From assembly GCA_943704425.1 (NCBI GenBank), contig CALSCP010002736.1, positions 1 to 64,000 of the forward strand: 64,000 nucleotides of DNA, in the 5' to 3' direction. Shown one piece after another: positions 18,193 to 30,417 of the stretch (position 1 is the first letter of the stretch; every line of letters begins with the position of its first letter). A program made the position numbers and the translations under genes. This stretch comes from Ministeria vibrans ATCC 50519 (Eukaryota; Protista; Filasterea). Below the pieces are notes generated by a model that was not told the DNA's origin, ran no database searches, and worked only from the letters and a program-made list of their open reading frames with translations.

Positions 18193-21100
18193 CTGGATCG
18201 GATCCTAAGAGAGTGTTAACGAGCCCAAACAGCTGCATCACTCGCTCGTCCTGACGCAAATCCTCGTGGCCCTTTAGCAAGAATTGATAACGCTTTCCGT
18301 CGCTACCCATCACCGTCAGCTTGCGCGGTCGCTGTTTGCTCGTAATGACATTGAGAGAGGCAACAAACGACTGGATCTTCACGACTGAGCTGCGCGCCGC
18401 CTCGACCGTGTACATACCAGGCATGGCCAGCTCCATGTCACGCGCCTCAAGCAGCTTGGGCGACACATACTGTAGCTCGAGCGACGTCAGCTGCGGCAGC
18501 TGCTTGCTGATGCGTCGGAACACATGGTAGTACAGGTCCCACGCCTGGTTGAGATCCTTGACTGCTCCCGATCGCTGGTACTTGCGACACCACTCGAGCG
18601 CCTCCTGCAGGTCCCGTCCAAACGCCTGGTTGAAACTCACCTCCCGCAGCGTCTCCGGTCCGCGCTCCAGCATTTTGTGAAGCGGCGCGAGCTTGGCCAG
18701 CATCCCTTCGACGTTGTGCTCGCCAAAGTACAGACGTGACGCCTCCTCAAGTCCCTCGTGCCACATCTCGTGCCACAGAATCGCCACACGAATCAGCTCC
18801 TGACTCACCAGCAACGCCTGCTCCACAAGCAAAGCAGAGTGCTGTCGCATGTTGTCCATGATGCTCGCCGCAGCATCGCGTCGATCAGGCATCTCGCTCT
18901 TGCTCGCCACCGTCACAGGGTACACCAGCGCCTGAGGGTGCTCACGCCCAATGCTCGTCAACAGCGTGTGCACCAGCCCACCCACCTTGGCCGAAGGCGT
19001 GTGGATGCGCGCAATGAGCTGCGGAATTACCTGAAGCCATGTGTCGATGCTCAGACTCGCAATGCCCTCCACAATGGTCGCGCACACCTCCTCCTGGTGA
19101 CCATACTTGAACCAGAGCGTCAACAAACGCAACGTGTCCTGCAACGACTTGCCCTCTTCGCTCAACGCCACGCTTCGGAAGAAACCCCGCAACGACGGGA
19201 TCACATAGCGCGACACAAGGTCGTCCGCACGCAACGAGTTGGTCTTCTCGTAGTGCGCCACCGCCTCAAAGTAGGCAAGCGAAAGCGCGTGCCACGCATG
19301 GTACCAGTCCTCGTCGTAGGTGGTCGCCTGAAGGAAGGCCGACAGGATCGCGGGAAAGGCTTCGTCGGCCTGCTCGCTTGCCGCCGACGCACCGCCACGC
19401 TGACCCATCACACCATCGTTGCTCATTTGCAACTGCCACTGGCCCAGCTTAAGATAGCAGCGCGCCAACAGACGGTTGCGCTCCTCGGGCGACATCACCG
19501 CTGTGCCACGCGACGCCAACGACGACCCGGGTACCGATCCAGATGCCGACGACAACATGGCGGGAACGGCCATCGCCGACATGGACGCCGACGAGGGAAC
19601 CGATGCCGTAGCCGACGACGCTGCGAGCATGATGAACGCTGGCGAGGAGGAACGGCCACTCGACATAAGATTGCTCAGGTGCGCTGCGGGGTTCGCGGGC
19701 TGTCCAGGGCCCTCGTGGAGCGTGTCCACAAACTCGCGAAGACGCTGCAGTGCCAGCGGTCCCTCGCCCACATGCCACATGTGCTGCAGATAGGCAAACG
19801 TCACTTGTGGATGAGCGTCCTTGGGCACTCGGCCACCGGGTAGCCGCGCCGGATCCGCACCCAACAGGTCCACGAGTGTCTTCTGGCTCAATTGCGCACG
19901 TCCCGAGCGCCGACACAGCGACGCAAACTCAAGCCAGGCTTCGCGATTCTCCTCAATGGTCACGACGAGCGAACGCATCTCGAGCACTCGTTGCCACACC
20001 TCGACGTTGCGCTGGCACCAGCGCAGACGCTCGTCCCATGTCTTACGCATACTCATACGTCGCGCGTCATCGTCCGGACCCGGCGACAGCTGCTTGTACT
20101 GCGCAATCTCTTCAAGCTCGGCAAGCATTTGCACCTGCACGGTCACACGGTAAGCACGCTGGTACGACTCGCCGGTAAGTGCCGTCATTTCCGCGTCAAG
20201 CAAATCGCGTGCCGTATCAATGTGCTGCTGGGCGGCGACAAAGCTGTTCTCGTGAATCGCAAGGACCGCGCGATAAAACTCAAAATCGGGCGAGTCGCCG
20301 CGCATCACCGACAGATACGTCTCCATCCATTCCCACTGACTGAGACCCCAGGCGGCCGCGGCAGCCATGGGCGCAATTGCACGCTTATTCTCCTTGGAGG
20401 CGGTACGCCAACGCTCCTGTGCCAGCAGCTGCAACTGTTCCCAGCCACCGAGGGCGTGCAAACATCGCATGCGCCCCAGCATTATGTCCATGTCAAGTGG
20501 ATTCGCCGCTTGCTTCTTCTCGTAGCTGCCCAACGCCTCGTCCCACTGCTGCAATTTCTCATAGATGCTATCCTCGATCTTCACCTCCATGTCTCGCTTG
20601 TTCTCCGCGTACTTGAGCATGCCCGCAGCCGCCTCGGGCTTCTCCAGCTTGTTGTTAATTGTGATGAGTGCCTCGACCGCCTCGGCCGTCGCCTTCTGGT
20701 GAAACTCCAGCTCCTTGTAGTGCAGCGCCTTGGCGTAGGCTTGGCAGCGCGCCGCGTGCTCGCCGAGCGTCTTCGACTCAATGGGCAGTGCCTTGTCGTC
20801 GTGCTCCATAAACTCCGAGAGATTCAACAGTGTCTGCAAAATCTTTGTGGGAATGGTAGTGGAGCGCAGCGCCGAGTCAATGGTCGTGGCAAGATCTGCT
20901 TGCATGCGCTCAAACAGTTCGCTCCAGCACGACACAAAGGCCGCATTGAAGAGCTCCTGTGCCAACGGTTCGTACACGTGCGCCAGTGCCGAGCACGATC
21001 GCAACGACGGACTCGGCGACTCGCGCAGCAACTCGACGGAAAACTGCCGCATCCACTGCACCCAATCTTCCTTGGTCGACTGCTCCGTCGATTCCCACGT

Positions 21101-23530
21101 CTTGCGCAAGTTAGCCTGATTCACCGCAAGCTTCTTCAGCGTGCCCGTTACCACACCACCGTCCGAGCCTGCACCACCACCAATCGCGCCACCACCCACA
21201 CCACCACCGCCACCCACGCCACCCACGCCGCCACCCACGCCGCCGAGACCCCCGAGTCCGCCACCACCCGTGGTCGCACCACCAGCCGTGCCGTTGGCCA
21301 TGGCCTCGCCCAGCATATCGCCGCCACCGCCCAACATGGTCGACTGGTTGCCCGCTCCCAGTGTTGGTCCGGTGACACCGACAAGTCCCAAACCGCCGCC
21401 AACCGGACCGCCCATTTGGCTGCTGCCCATCAGCGAAGCGTTGTCGCTGTTGAGCGCACTCTGCAGGAAGATGTCCGTCTCGGGGGCGTGTCCAGCCGCA
21501 ATGCGCGACGCAATCGTGTTGAAGAGCGGATGTTGAATGCGGTTGCGAATAAGCAGGGGACGCACAAGCGGCAGAAATACCGCAAAGTCGTTGCCCATCT
21601 GCATGGCAATGGCCGATAGCGCCGACATGGCGACGGGACGCAATTCGGGCGAACTGTTGAGCACGCGCGCAATAGGATGCACTACACGACTAGCATAGTC
21701 GGTGAGGTCGAGGCGACGGCACATGCGAGCAACGGTGCGCAACGCAGCGTCCTTCACCGACAGTTCGGCGTCGGTCGCCTCGAACAGCTTCACGATGGCC
21801 GGCAACACCAGGTGAAGGTAGTCGTCGAGGTTGGCACCAAACTTTTCGAGTGCATCCAGCATTTTGATGGTCGCCTGCTGGTCGTCGCGCTGAACGCGAC
21901 GTGCAAGCACACGCAGAATGCAGGGTAGCAGTTGTGGCAGGTAGACCTTGAATTCGGAGCCGATGGCAAGCGAGATGCTCTCGACAAGTGCAATAATGGT
22001 CATCTGAATGACATTCCAGTAGGTGTTGATCAAATCGAAGATGTCCTCGAGATAGGGACGCACATGTTGACGCACAATGGAGACAAGTGTACCGAGTTCG
22101 CGAAAGAGAAACTCGCGAAAAGACGGCTCGTGACGGTGTCGCATGACTTGCAAAAGCGGTGCCATAATCTTGGGAAGGTAGGGCACGCACTTGAGGCCGA
22201 GCGACTTGACAATAAACATAAGTGCCTGCACGGCAAGCGTGTGGTGAGCACTCAGGGTGGGGTCGCGCATGATGCGCACGAGAGCCTCCACCGATACGGT
22301 CGGGTAGTAGTCCTCGGACGACGGACTGAGCGTCGTCGATGACGAAGCCGAGTCGTTGGCGTTGGCCTCGTCGAGGGTCGCGTCCACGTCGCGCACCTTC
22401 TGCTGATTGACCTTGTAGTGATAAGGATCGAGAGCACCAAAGATACCAATAAGCTTGAGAACCTCACGACGAATGGAAGGAGTCGGCTCCGTCTTCAAGA
22501 AGTTCAAGAGAATCGGCAAGAGAGACGCGTGGTCGAGGTAAGGGCGCATGACATAGCCAGTCGACACGGCCAGCTGGCCCATGGTGCGCAGGGCAACTTC
22601 ACGCTTGGCAACCGACCCCTGATCGCGGAGCTGATCGATGAGGATGGGAAAGAGCTCATCGAGTTCCTTGGACAGCTCGTCGCTGCCAACCTTGGCGAGC
22701 TCGCCGAGAGCCGAGAGCACCGAACAGGCGACAGCGGGATTGCGGTCGCGCATTTTGGAAACGAGCACGCGTAGCACAGGCTCGACGTAGGGTTTAACAA
22801 GACGCGGTGCGTTTGCAATGAGACGGCAAAGCAGGCGGGCGCTCTCTTCCTTGTTCATGCTGACGCCCGAGAACTCGAGTTCCGTCAGGAGTTGCACAAG
22901 TGTCTTGCGCAATGGAGGCATTACATGGGCCGGATTGAGTGTGGTGAGACGACCAATAACGCTGACGGCAAGTTCGCGAATCTCAAAGACCTCGTCATTG
23001 AGTGCAGTAAAGAGCGAGCGAAGGTTCTCCGCTTGCGCAAGATACACGTCAAAGCAAGGATCGAGGGAGTTGAGCACAGAAAGACGAATGGACGGCTCTG
23101 GATCGGCAATGCCCACAATGAGTAGACGCTCAAGGACCTCACCGACCACGGCGGAACTGGCGCTCTGTTTGGCACGCGCCGTCATGTTGTCCAACGCCGA
23201 TGTCTCCGCTTGCAGCATATGGTTGATGCCCGGCGGTGAGTTTGGAACGTAAAAACTCGTGTTGTTGCTTGTGGTCGGAGTCGGATGAGGCTCGGATGGC
23301 AACGGGTTGGTCGAAGCCGACGATGGTGATGCCAGTGAGAGGGTTGAGTCGTCAGTGCCGGAAGGAATACCGACCGAAGCGGAGGTGGGGAGCGCTGCAA
23401 AAGAAGTCGATGGAGCAGCAGCACCACCACCACCACCACCAGCACCACCAGCAGCAGCAGCACCAGCGGAGGCACCAGCGGAGGCAGAGATGCTCGATGA
23501 AGACGACCCTGTAGCATTCGTAGCAGCAAC

Positions 23531-23567
<37 letters not shown>

Positions 23568-25658
23568 CTACCTCCAACAGCACCACCACCACTTGAAAAG
23601 GTTGTGACGGGAGGTGGGACAGGTGCGCCTGAGGAGGCGGTAGAGAGCGATGATGCGGCAGGATGAATCTTCTTTTTGCTGCTCTTGTCGGTCTTGGCGG
23701 AGACAGGACGTTCGGCATTGGCAAGAATGCGCAAACACGTAATGGCGGCCTCCTTGCGAATGCCAGCCGAGTCATCCTCGAGACACACGACGACCCATTC
23801 ACGCAGGAAGACGGTGAGATCATGACTGCTGAGGTCAAATCTACCGAGGGTGCGCAGTGCAAGCATGATGGTCTCGTTGTCAAACGTCTCGGAGGTAGTG
23901 CCACCAGCACCACTGCTGGAAGAAAGCAAGAGATTGGCAGTGCGCGAGTCTGAGCCTCGCAGACCAATGGCGGAGGCGGGGCCTGAGCGGACGGCACGGG
24001 CACTTGCGTTCACAACGGCACTGACAACATTCGTGGCGGACGAGACGGGCATGCGACCAGACGTGGCGGGCCGACCGCCACTGCCGGTGCCGTTGGGCGG
24101 GATGGAGAGTCCCGGAAAGCGGTAGGGAAGACGCGAGAGAACCTTGGAGAGGATCTCGAGCAGACGTGCCTGAATGTTAGGCACCATGGCCTCGATGTTG
24201 TGTGCGAGGTCGCGCAGGGCCACAACGAGTGGCTCGCTGAGACCACTGGCAAACATGAGGTCGAGCAGGTCGTACATGCTGGTGGAGAGGCAAGGGACGG
24301 AGGGGACGGCACGCGCGAGCATGGAGACGCAGGCGAAGACGGGACCCTCGTTGGCAAGCTTGCTGCTGCCACGTTTCGGCGTGAGGCCGTCGCGCACGTT
24401 ATTGAGGATGCGTTCGTAGTAGGGAGGAGTGATGTCGGCGCCCAAGGCGAGAGCCATTTCGCCAAGAGCGTGGAAGGCGGAGGCGCGATGGGGTTCGCGG
24501 CGCACCACGTTGAGCAAGTGTTCCATGCACGAGTCGAGGTGGCCCGAAGCGACAAAGCCCTCGGGACTAAAGCTCGCCAGGGATGGAAGCAATGAGATGA
24601 CGGTGCGTTGCACAAGCGAGCTACGATGGTCCTTGTACTTCATGATGGTCTCGCAAGTGAACGCAAACTGCTCCATCATAAACTCGTCCTGGTGCAGCAA
24701 CAGTTCGCCCAGGGCCAGCAGCGAGCCGTGCACTGGATCGTCCTTGTTCGACTTGAGGCCTGTCAGAGCCTCCTCGTAGACGATTTTGGTCCATTGTGCG
24801 CGGATGCGCGGCTCGCGCTTTGCCGTGAGGGCCAGAGCAGCGCGCAACGCTGCAATGGCCCCCTCGCGCACCGTGTTCTTTTGGTCGCGCACGGCGACAA
24901 AGATACTCTTGAAGAACTGGCCGATGATGGTGTAGAAGAGGGTGGGGGCATTGGTCGCGAGCTGGTCGAGGACGAGCACCGCAGCGTACCGCTTCATCTC
25001 GTTACGATCGCCCTGCAGCCACTCGAGCGCCTCACGCGCCTCAAACTCGATAAACTCGGCCGTGAGCGTGCCGCCTACAAGGGCAAGGCGACCGACCGCC
25101 TTGGAGGCGACGACCATGACCTGTGCGTCGTTGCCAGGCAGCACATAGCGCAACTGGTTGGTAAAGCGAGCGATTTTTGTGGCGTTCTCTTCGCCCTCAA
25201 AGTCTATGAGCTCGTTGATGGCAAGCAGGCCGCCAATGCGCTCCGCAGTGTCTGTGCAGTGCACCATGTCGCTGATGCCGCGGTCAACGGCCTTCATAAA
25301 GGTCACAGCGTCGCCTGGATTTTCTCGGACGTGCGACGCAACATAGGCGCGCAGTTCCTGGGCTGCACGGACGCGCGCGTCCTCGTTGCTGTCGACAGAG
25401 AGGGCGGGGGTGAGCAGGGGGGTGTGGGGCGCGCGGCAGACGGGGGAGAGAGGGCCCAGGGGGGCCGGGGGAGAGGCGGGAAGCGATGCGGCTGCTCACA
25501 GCATCGAAAATACCCAAGAGAAAAAAAAGAAAAAAAAGGGAAAAAAAGAAGAAAAAAAGGGAGAGCGGAAGGGAAAGGGGGAGAAGTGGAACACACAGGT
25601 GTGAAGAGAAGACATACCGGCTCTTGAGCTCGCCGAGTAGGCGAGCAAGTTCTGCCAT
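18193..25658 (-). CDS. TOR: TOR kinase (HEAT repeats, FAT, FRB, kinase N-lobe); kinase C-lobe and FATC not found in window
   Basis: Exon 1 MAELARLLGELKSR (25658-25618) and exon 2 (25388-18193) with LRESPSPSLRSC, YAKALHYKELEF, WLQVIPQLIARI, FRB ILWHEMWHEGLEEASRLYFG...AWDLYYHVF, SKQRPRKL, FLLKGHEDLRQDERVMQLFGLVNTLL, then donor CAG|GTAAGA. No DRHPSN, DFG or FATC sequence seen downstream. Confidence 0.95.
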
Positions 25659-26077
25659 TCACGAGAAGAGAATAGAAACAAAAAAAAATAATGATCATTG
25701 ATTATCAGTAGAAGTTCGATGTGACCGCCAGAACTGTAAGATGAGCGCAGGCTGATGGTCGAGGTGACAAGTGTAGAGTCACTGGACACTGAGGGATCAG
25801 GGATGAGTGTGTGAGTGAAAAGGATCGGTTGGATGGGTTGTTGTTATTATATTCCTTTGGTCTATTAATTATTCATTCGATATTCAATATCATCAGTCGA
25901 GTGAGAGTCGACTCGACACTCGACAGTCGACAGTCATCAGTTTCTCACTCAGTGAGTGACACTCACTCATCACTGATCCTGAATAATAATATAAAAAATC
26001 GACATCTTTAGTGCTCTTTACTCTGACTCAGATCACTCATCACTCAGATCACTCAGTCTTTTTTTTGTTCATTTGCA
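25659..26077. promoter_or_regulatory. Putative bidirectional promoter (TOR/NADK) rich in GTCGAC, GAGTC and TCACTCA motifs
   Basis: Lies between divergent start codons; dense short repeats such as GAGTCGACTCGACACTCGACAGTCGACAGTC and GATCACTCATCACTCAGATCACTCAG. Confidence 0.5.
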
Positions 26078-27959
26078 ATGGCTGATCACAAGCGCGACAA
26101 AGCTTGCGATGAACTCCAGCCCGAAGGGTTTGCCTCGCCTCGCCGCCTGTCGGCCATGAAACGCTCGGGCAGCAGTGGGATCAAGGATGAGCATAGGTAC
26201 GTGAGTCGTGTGTTGAGACTGTTCTTTTGGGGTATTGTTGGACGATAACAATTTCAAAACCGACAAGGGTCGACACCCGCTGAGCCCAAAACGCCTTTTT
26301 GCTGCCTTCCCTGCAGGTCGCAGAGCGCCAACTCGATCCTACTGACCTGGACGGTGCCTCCCAGAAACGTGCTGGTCATCAAGAAGCACCGTGACAGCCG
26401 TGCGACCGACAAGTTTTTTGAGATTGTGTTGTGGCTGCTCGACGAGAAAGTGAGATGATAATTATTATCATAATTATTATAACAATGTTTCTTTTTTTGT
26501 TGTTGTTGTTGGCTCACACGTCTATGTTGTATGATTAGAAAATGATTGTGTATGCGGAAAATGGAGTCACGGAAGACGCGACGTTGCGCGACGACGGACG
26601 ATTTTCGGGTCTGATCAGTCGTCTGGAGATTCTCGACACTGCAAACATTCCGAAATCGGACGAAAAGGTGCGACAACGAGTGAACGTGTGTGTGAAAGAG
26701 AGGAAACGGGAAGAGAACGATCAGAGACGAGGTGGATAATAATGATTGTGGTGTGTAGGACATTGACATTGACTTTATCATTTGCATTGGGGGCGACGGA
26801 ACCATTCTGTATGCGTCGTCGCTGTTTCAAGCGGAAGTACCGCCCGTCATTAGTTTCCATATGGGTTCGTTGGGATTCCTGATGAACTTTGACGCGAGTT
26901 CGTTTCAGACGCCCATTGAGCGGATGATTGCGGGTCGAGCGAGCGCGACACTGCGCTCACGACTCGAATGTGAGTTCATCAAAGCACGACAGGTATCCTA
27001 TCGTACTAGTCAGACACAATGACGAATTGAGTATCCATGTATGCATTTGTATGTCTTTTATATGTGTTAGTCTGTGCACTGCGTTTCGCCATCACAGCAG
27101 CAATCACGTCGCGACAGCTTCTCCTCCTCTGCTCACGATACCATTTCCGCTCTTCCCTCGACGGAAAATGTCTTTCGCATTCTCAATGAGATTGTCATTG
27201 ATCGTGGCTCATCGTCCTATCTCAGTGATTTGGAAGTGTACTGTAACGGACGGCACATCACCACTGTCCAAGTAACTCGAAAAAAATCAATAGATTGACA
27301 GTGAGAAAATTGACAATGCGTAGGGTGATGGGTTGATTATTGCCTCATCGACTGGCTCGACGGCGTACTCGCTGTCCGCCGGCGGGCCTATGGTCCATCC
27401 CACTGGTAACTCATTTGCACTGTGTGTCGTGAGAATTCAATGAGTATTGCGCTACTTTTTTTCTTCATTCTTCTCTTTGTGCGTGTTACGTTTTTTTTTG
27501 TGTGCTTTGTGTTTTTCTTTCGTATTCTTTTCTTTTACATGACAAAATCGAAGAAAGAAAGAGGAGAATCTAGTGATGTGATTTACGCAATTGACTTATT
27601 CCTGTGTACGCACTCACTCTCACTACATCACTCACTGCTTACACTTTGGCGCAGTGAATGCGATTCTGCTGACCCCCGTGTGTGCGCACTCATTGTCGTT
27701 CCGGCCGATTGTGATGCCCGACACAGTGATTCTGCTTTTGGTGGTGTCGCCGCACAGTCGCGAGAGCGTGTGGGTGTCGCTAGACGGACGCAACCGTCAT
27801 GAACTCAACAAGGGCGACGCTATTCGCGTGCGCATGAGCAACTCGTATGTGCCAACCATGAACGACATTGATGACTCTGCCGACTGGTTCCACTCCCTCT
27901 CTTCCTGTCTCAATTGGAACACGCGCGTGCACCAGAGACCTTTTGAAGGCAAACTCTAA
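26078..27959 (+). CDS. NADK: NAD+ kinase; multi-exon
   Basis: [100 protein letters not shown]. Confidence 0.95.
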
Positions 27960-28369
27960 CATTGTACATTAACAAAAGAAGACGGTTTTTCATGTTCACA
28001 CATCCACAGTGTCTCGTTTTGCCAAAAGAGATTTTTGGTTTAAAGCGCCCGCTTCAACATAAATTACGTGTGCAGAATCCTTGTAGGCTTCGTCGAATCG
28101 ACATCGGGAGACAATGTTGGTGATCTTGCTGTGTTCTCGTGCTGACGTAGTTGCAAGACGCAGTTGCAGGTTCAGGATTGTTAAAGCGATCATATGTGCA
28201 TCCTGCAGCAAAACTACAAGAAAAACATTCTCTCCTATCACTCAACAACGTTCATGCGCAGATATAAATAATTATTTTAATTTTAATAATAATAATAAAA
28301 AAATATAATGATTAATAATAATAATAATTTAAGAAACAATAATAATAATAATAATAATAATATAATTAA

Positions 28370-28406
<37 letters not shown>

Positions 28407-28475
28407 TTATTATTATTATTAATTATTATACAGAAACAAATATTAATTTATAATAAATATTTTTTAACATTATCG

Positions 28476-29732
28476 TTATGATACGGTAGTATTGACAGTG
28501 GTTTGAAGGGAAAGCTCTCGAAAGGAAGAGTGAGGAGGGGGAGAGGGGAGGAGAGGCCAGTGGGGAGAGCGAGCCCATTGAGGAGTGTTGTGGAGCCAGA
28601 GGGAGGGCAGGGCGGAGATAAAGGCGTGCTGGGGCGCATGTGTATCACTGGTACTGCCAGTGGGGTCGTCGGCACGAGCAAATTTACGGGCGATGAGGAA
28701 ACAGTGAGTTGGAGTGCAGGGGAGTGAGTCGGTGTAGGCGAAGGAGGTGGCGTTCCGGAAGGAGGCTGCGTCGGCACCAAACTCAAAGGGATGCTGGTTG
28801 CTTGTTTTGCTCCAGCCCCAACGCGCGTAGGTGAGCGAAGCTTTCACGCGGAAGAATGACCCGAGGGGCATGGGAAAGGCGGCAAAAAAGTTTTGAAAGA
28901 TGTGCTCGGGTGTGGAGACGGAGAAGGACACGCCAAACTCAAAGAGCCACGACCGGTGCTCGCGCATAGCAATCTGTTGAGCATGAGTGCGTGTGAGGGC
29001 CGTCCACGAGCTGCCCTTGAGGAATTCGTGACGAGGTACGGGGGGGTTGAGATGATTTCCAAAGTAGCGCACGGCCCAGTCGAAGTTGCGCTGTTTGCCT
29101 GAGACAGGGTCCTCTGTGCCGGGCCCAAAGCTCTCGAGGAAGGAGGTGTTTCGATGGTAGATGAGAAGGTAGCGGTAGATGAAGGCAAACGACTGGAGCG
29201 GCAAACAGGACTCGGTGACGGTGAGAAACATCTGGTTGTGCGCATCGTCGGCCAGCGCCAGCTCAAGCAGCAGAAAGATGGCATTGGCCATGTCGCGGGT
29301 CTTGTAGCGCGTCTTGATGGGCTTCGGGTGGTTCACGACGGGGTTGTCGTCGCTGAGGCGCGACGCAAAGGGGACGTTGGGCGCCGTGTGGGCGTACAGA
29401 GTGTACAGCTCGCGTGGGACGCCGCGGAAGAAGGCGCGCCACGCATGCGGCAGTTTGTGCGTGCCGTTCTTGGCCAGAAACACAAATGCGATTTTGCCAT
29501 AGCGGCGCGCAAAGTCGGCCGTGAGCGCCTCCTCGGTGGGCGTCAGGGCAGCATCAGCAGCAGCAGCAGCGGGGGTGGGGGCGGCGGGGGGCTCCCGTGG
29601 CAGCGATCGCAGAGCGACTGTCACCGGACGAAGTGTGGACGGCGCTGGCGGCTGACTCCACCACAAGACGCCCCCGACGAGTAAGATGCACACGGTGGCG
29701 GCAAGTATCCTACTGACATGAAGGCGGATCAT
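28476..29732 (-). CDS. Core-2/I-branching (GT14-like, DUF266/BC10-type) glycosyltransferase, type II membrane protein, apparently single exon
   Basis: N-terminal TM anchor and Pro/Ala stem; KIAFVFL, W..FF...LYTLYAH, LLELALAD..NQMFLTVTESCLPLQSF..IYRYL, KGSSWTALTRTHA, PEHIF, LTYARW, HPFEF, FLIARKF. Confidence 0.85.
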   Translation of the reverse strand: MIRLHVSRILAATVCILLVGGVLWWSQPPAPSTLRPVTVALRSLPREPPAAPTPAAAAADAALTPTEEALTADFARRYGKIAFVFLAKNGTHKLPHAWRAFFRGVPRELYTLYAHTAPNVPFASRLSDDNPVVNHPKPIKTRYKTRDMANAIFLLLELALADDAHNQMFLTVTESCLPLQSFAFIYRYLLIYHRNTSFLESFGPGTEDPVSGKQRNFDWAVRYFGNHLNPPVPRHEFLKGSSWTALTRTHAQQIAMREHRSWLFEFGVSFSVSTPEHIFQNFFAAFPMPLGSFFRVKASLTYARWGWSKTSNQHPFEFGADAASFRNATSFAYTDSLPCTPTHCFLIARKFARADDPTGSTSDTHAPQHAFISALPSLWLHNTPQWARSPHWPLLPSPPPHSSFRELSLQTTVNTTVS

Positions 29733-29797
29733 AATAAAAATTTGAATTGAATGAGTAGGAAAATTGAATGAGTAAGTTTACAAATCAAATATTTGTC

Positions 29798-30386
29798 ATG
29801 TCGTTCAAGCGATCCAGAAGTGATTCCAGTGGTTCAGCCTCGTGCAAAGCTGGGGGTAGCGAGGAGCCCGGAATGCTGCAGGTGGCTGAAAAACACTGTC
29901 GCCGGTACGAAAAGTGCTCTGATCACTCTGGCGACTGTCGTTTCTCTCGCTGACCGTCTTGCTGGGGGTGTGTTTGTTTGGCGGGTGGGCGTGGGCGCTG
30001 GGGGTGCTTAGGTTCATTCAAGGGTGGAACCGGGCGCGTCGCACGGACGGCATTCGGTGTTCGCAAATGACGTACGTGTCATCTCTGTCTCTCTCTCTCT
30101 TACTCTAACGTTCCTTCTCAACTCTCACCATTTACAATAATAATAGAGGAGGCCTGACTAACGTGCTCATTAAATGTGATTTGGTTGATGAGGACCTGGC
30201 TGACGTGACAGAGCGGCGCGTGCTGGTGCGTCTGTACGGCAAGAACGTCGAAGTCTTCTTCGACCGAAATCTCGACCAAGTGCTGTTTGTGACGCTTGCC
30301 GAGCGCGGCTTTGGCCCTAGGCTGTACGGGCTCTTTCCAGAAGGACGCATTGAGCGTAAGATGTCCACGCGAGTCCTCTCGTGCAG

Positions 30387-30417
<31 letters not shown>

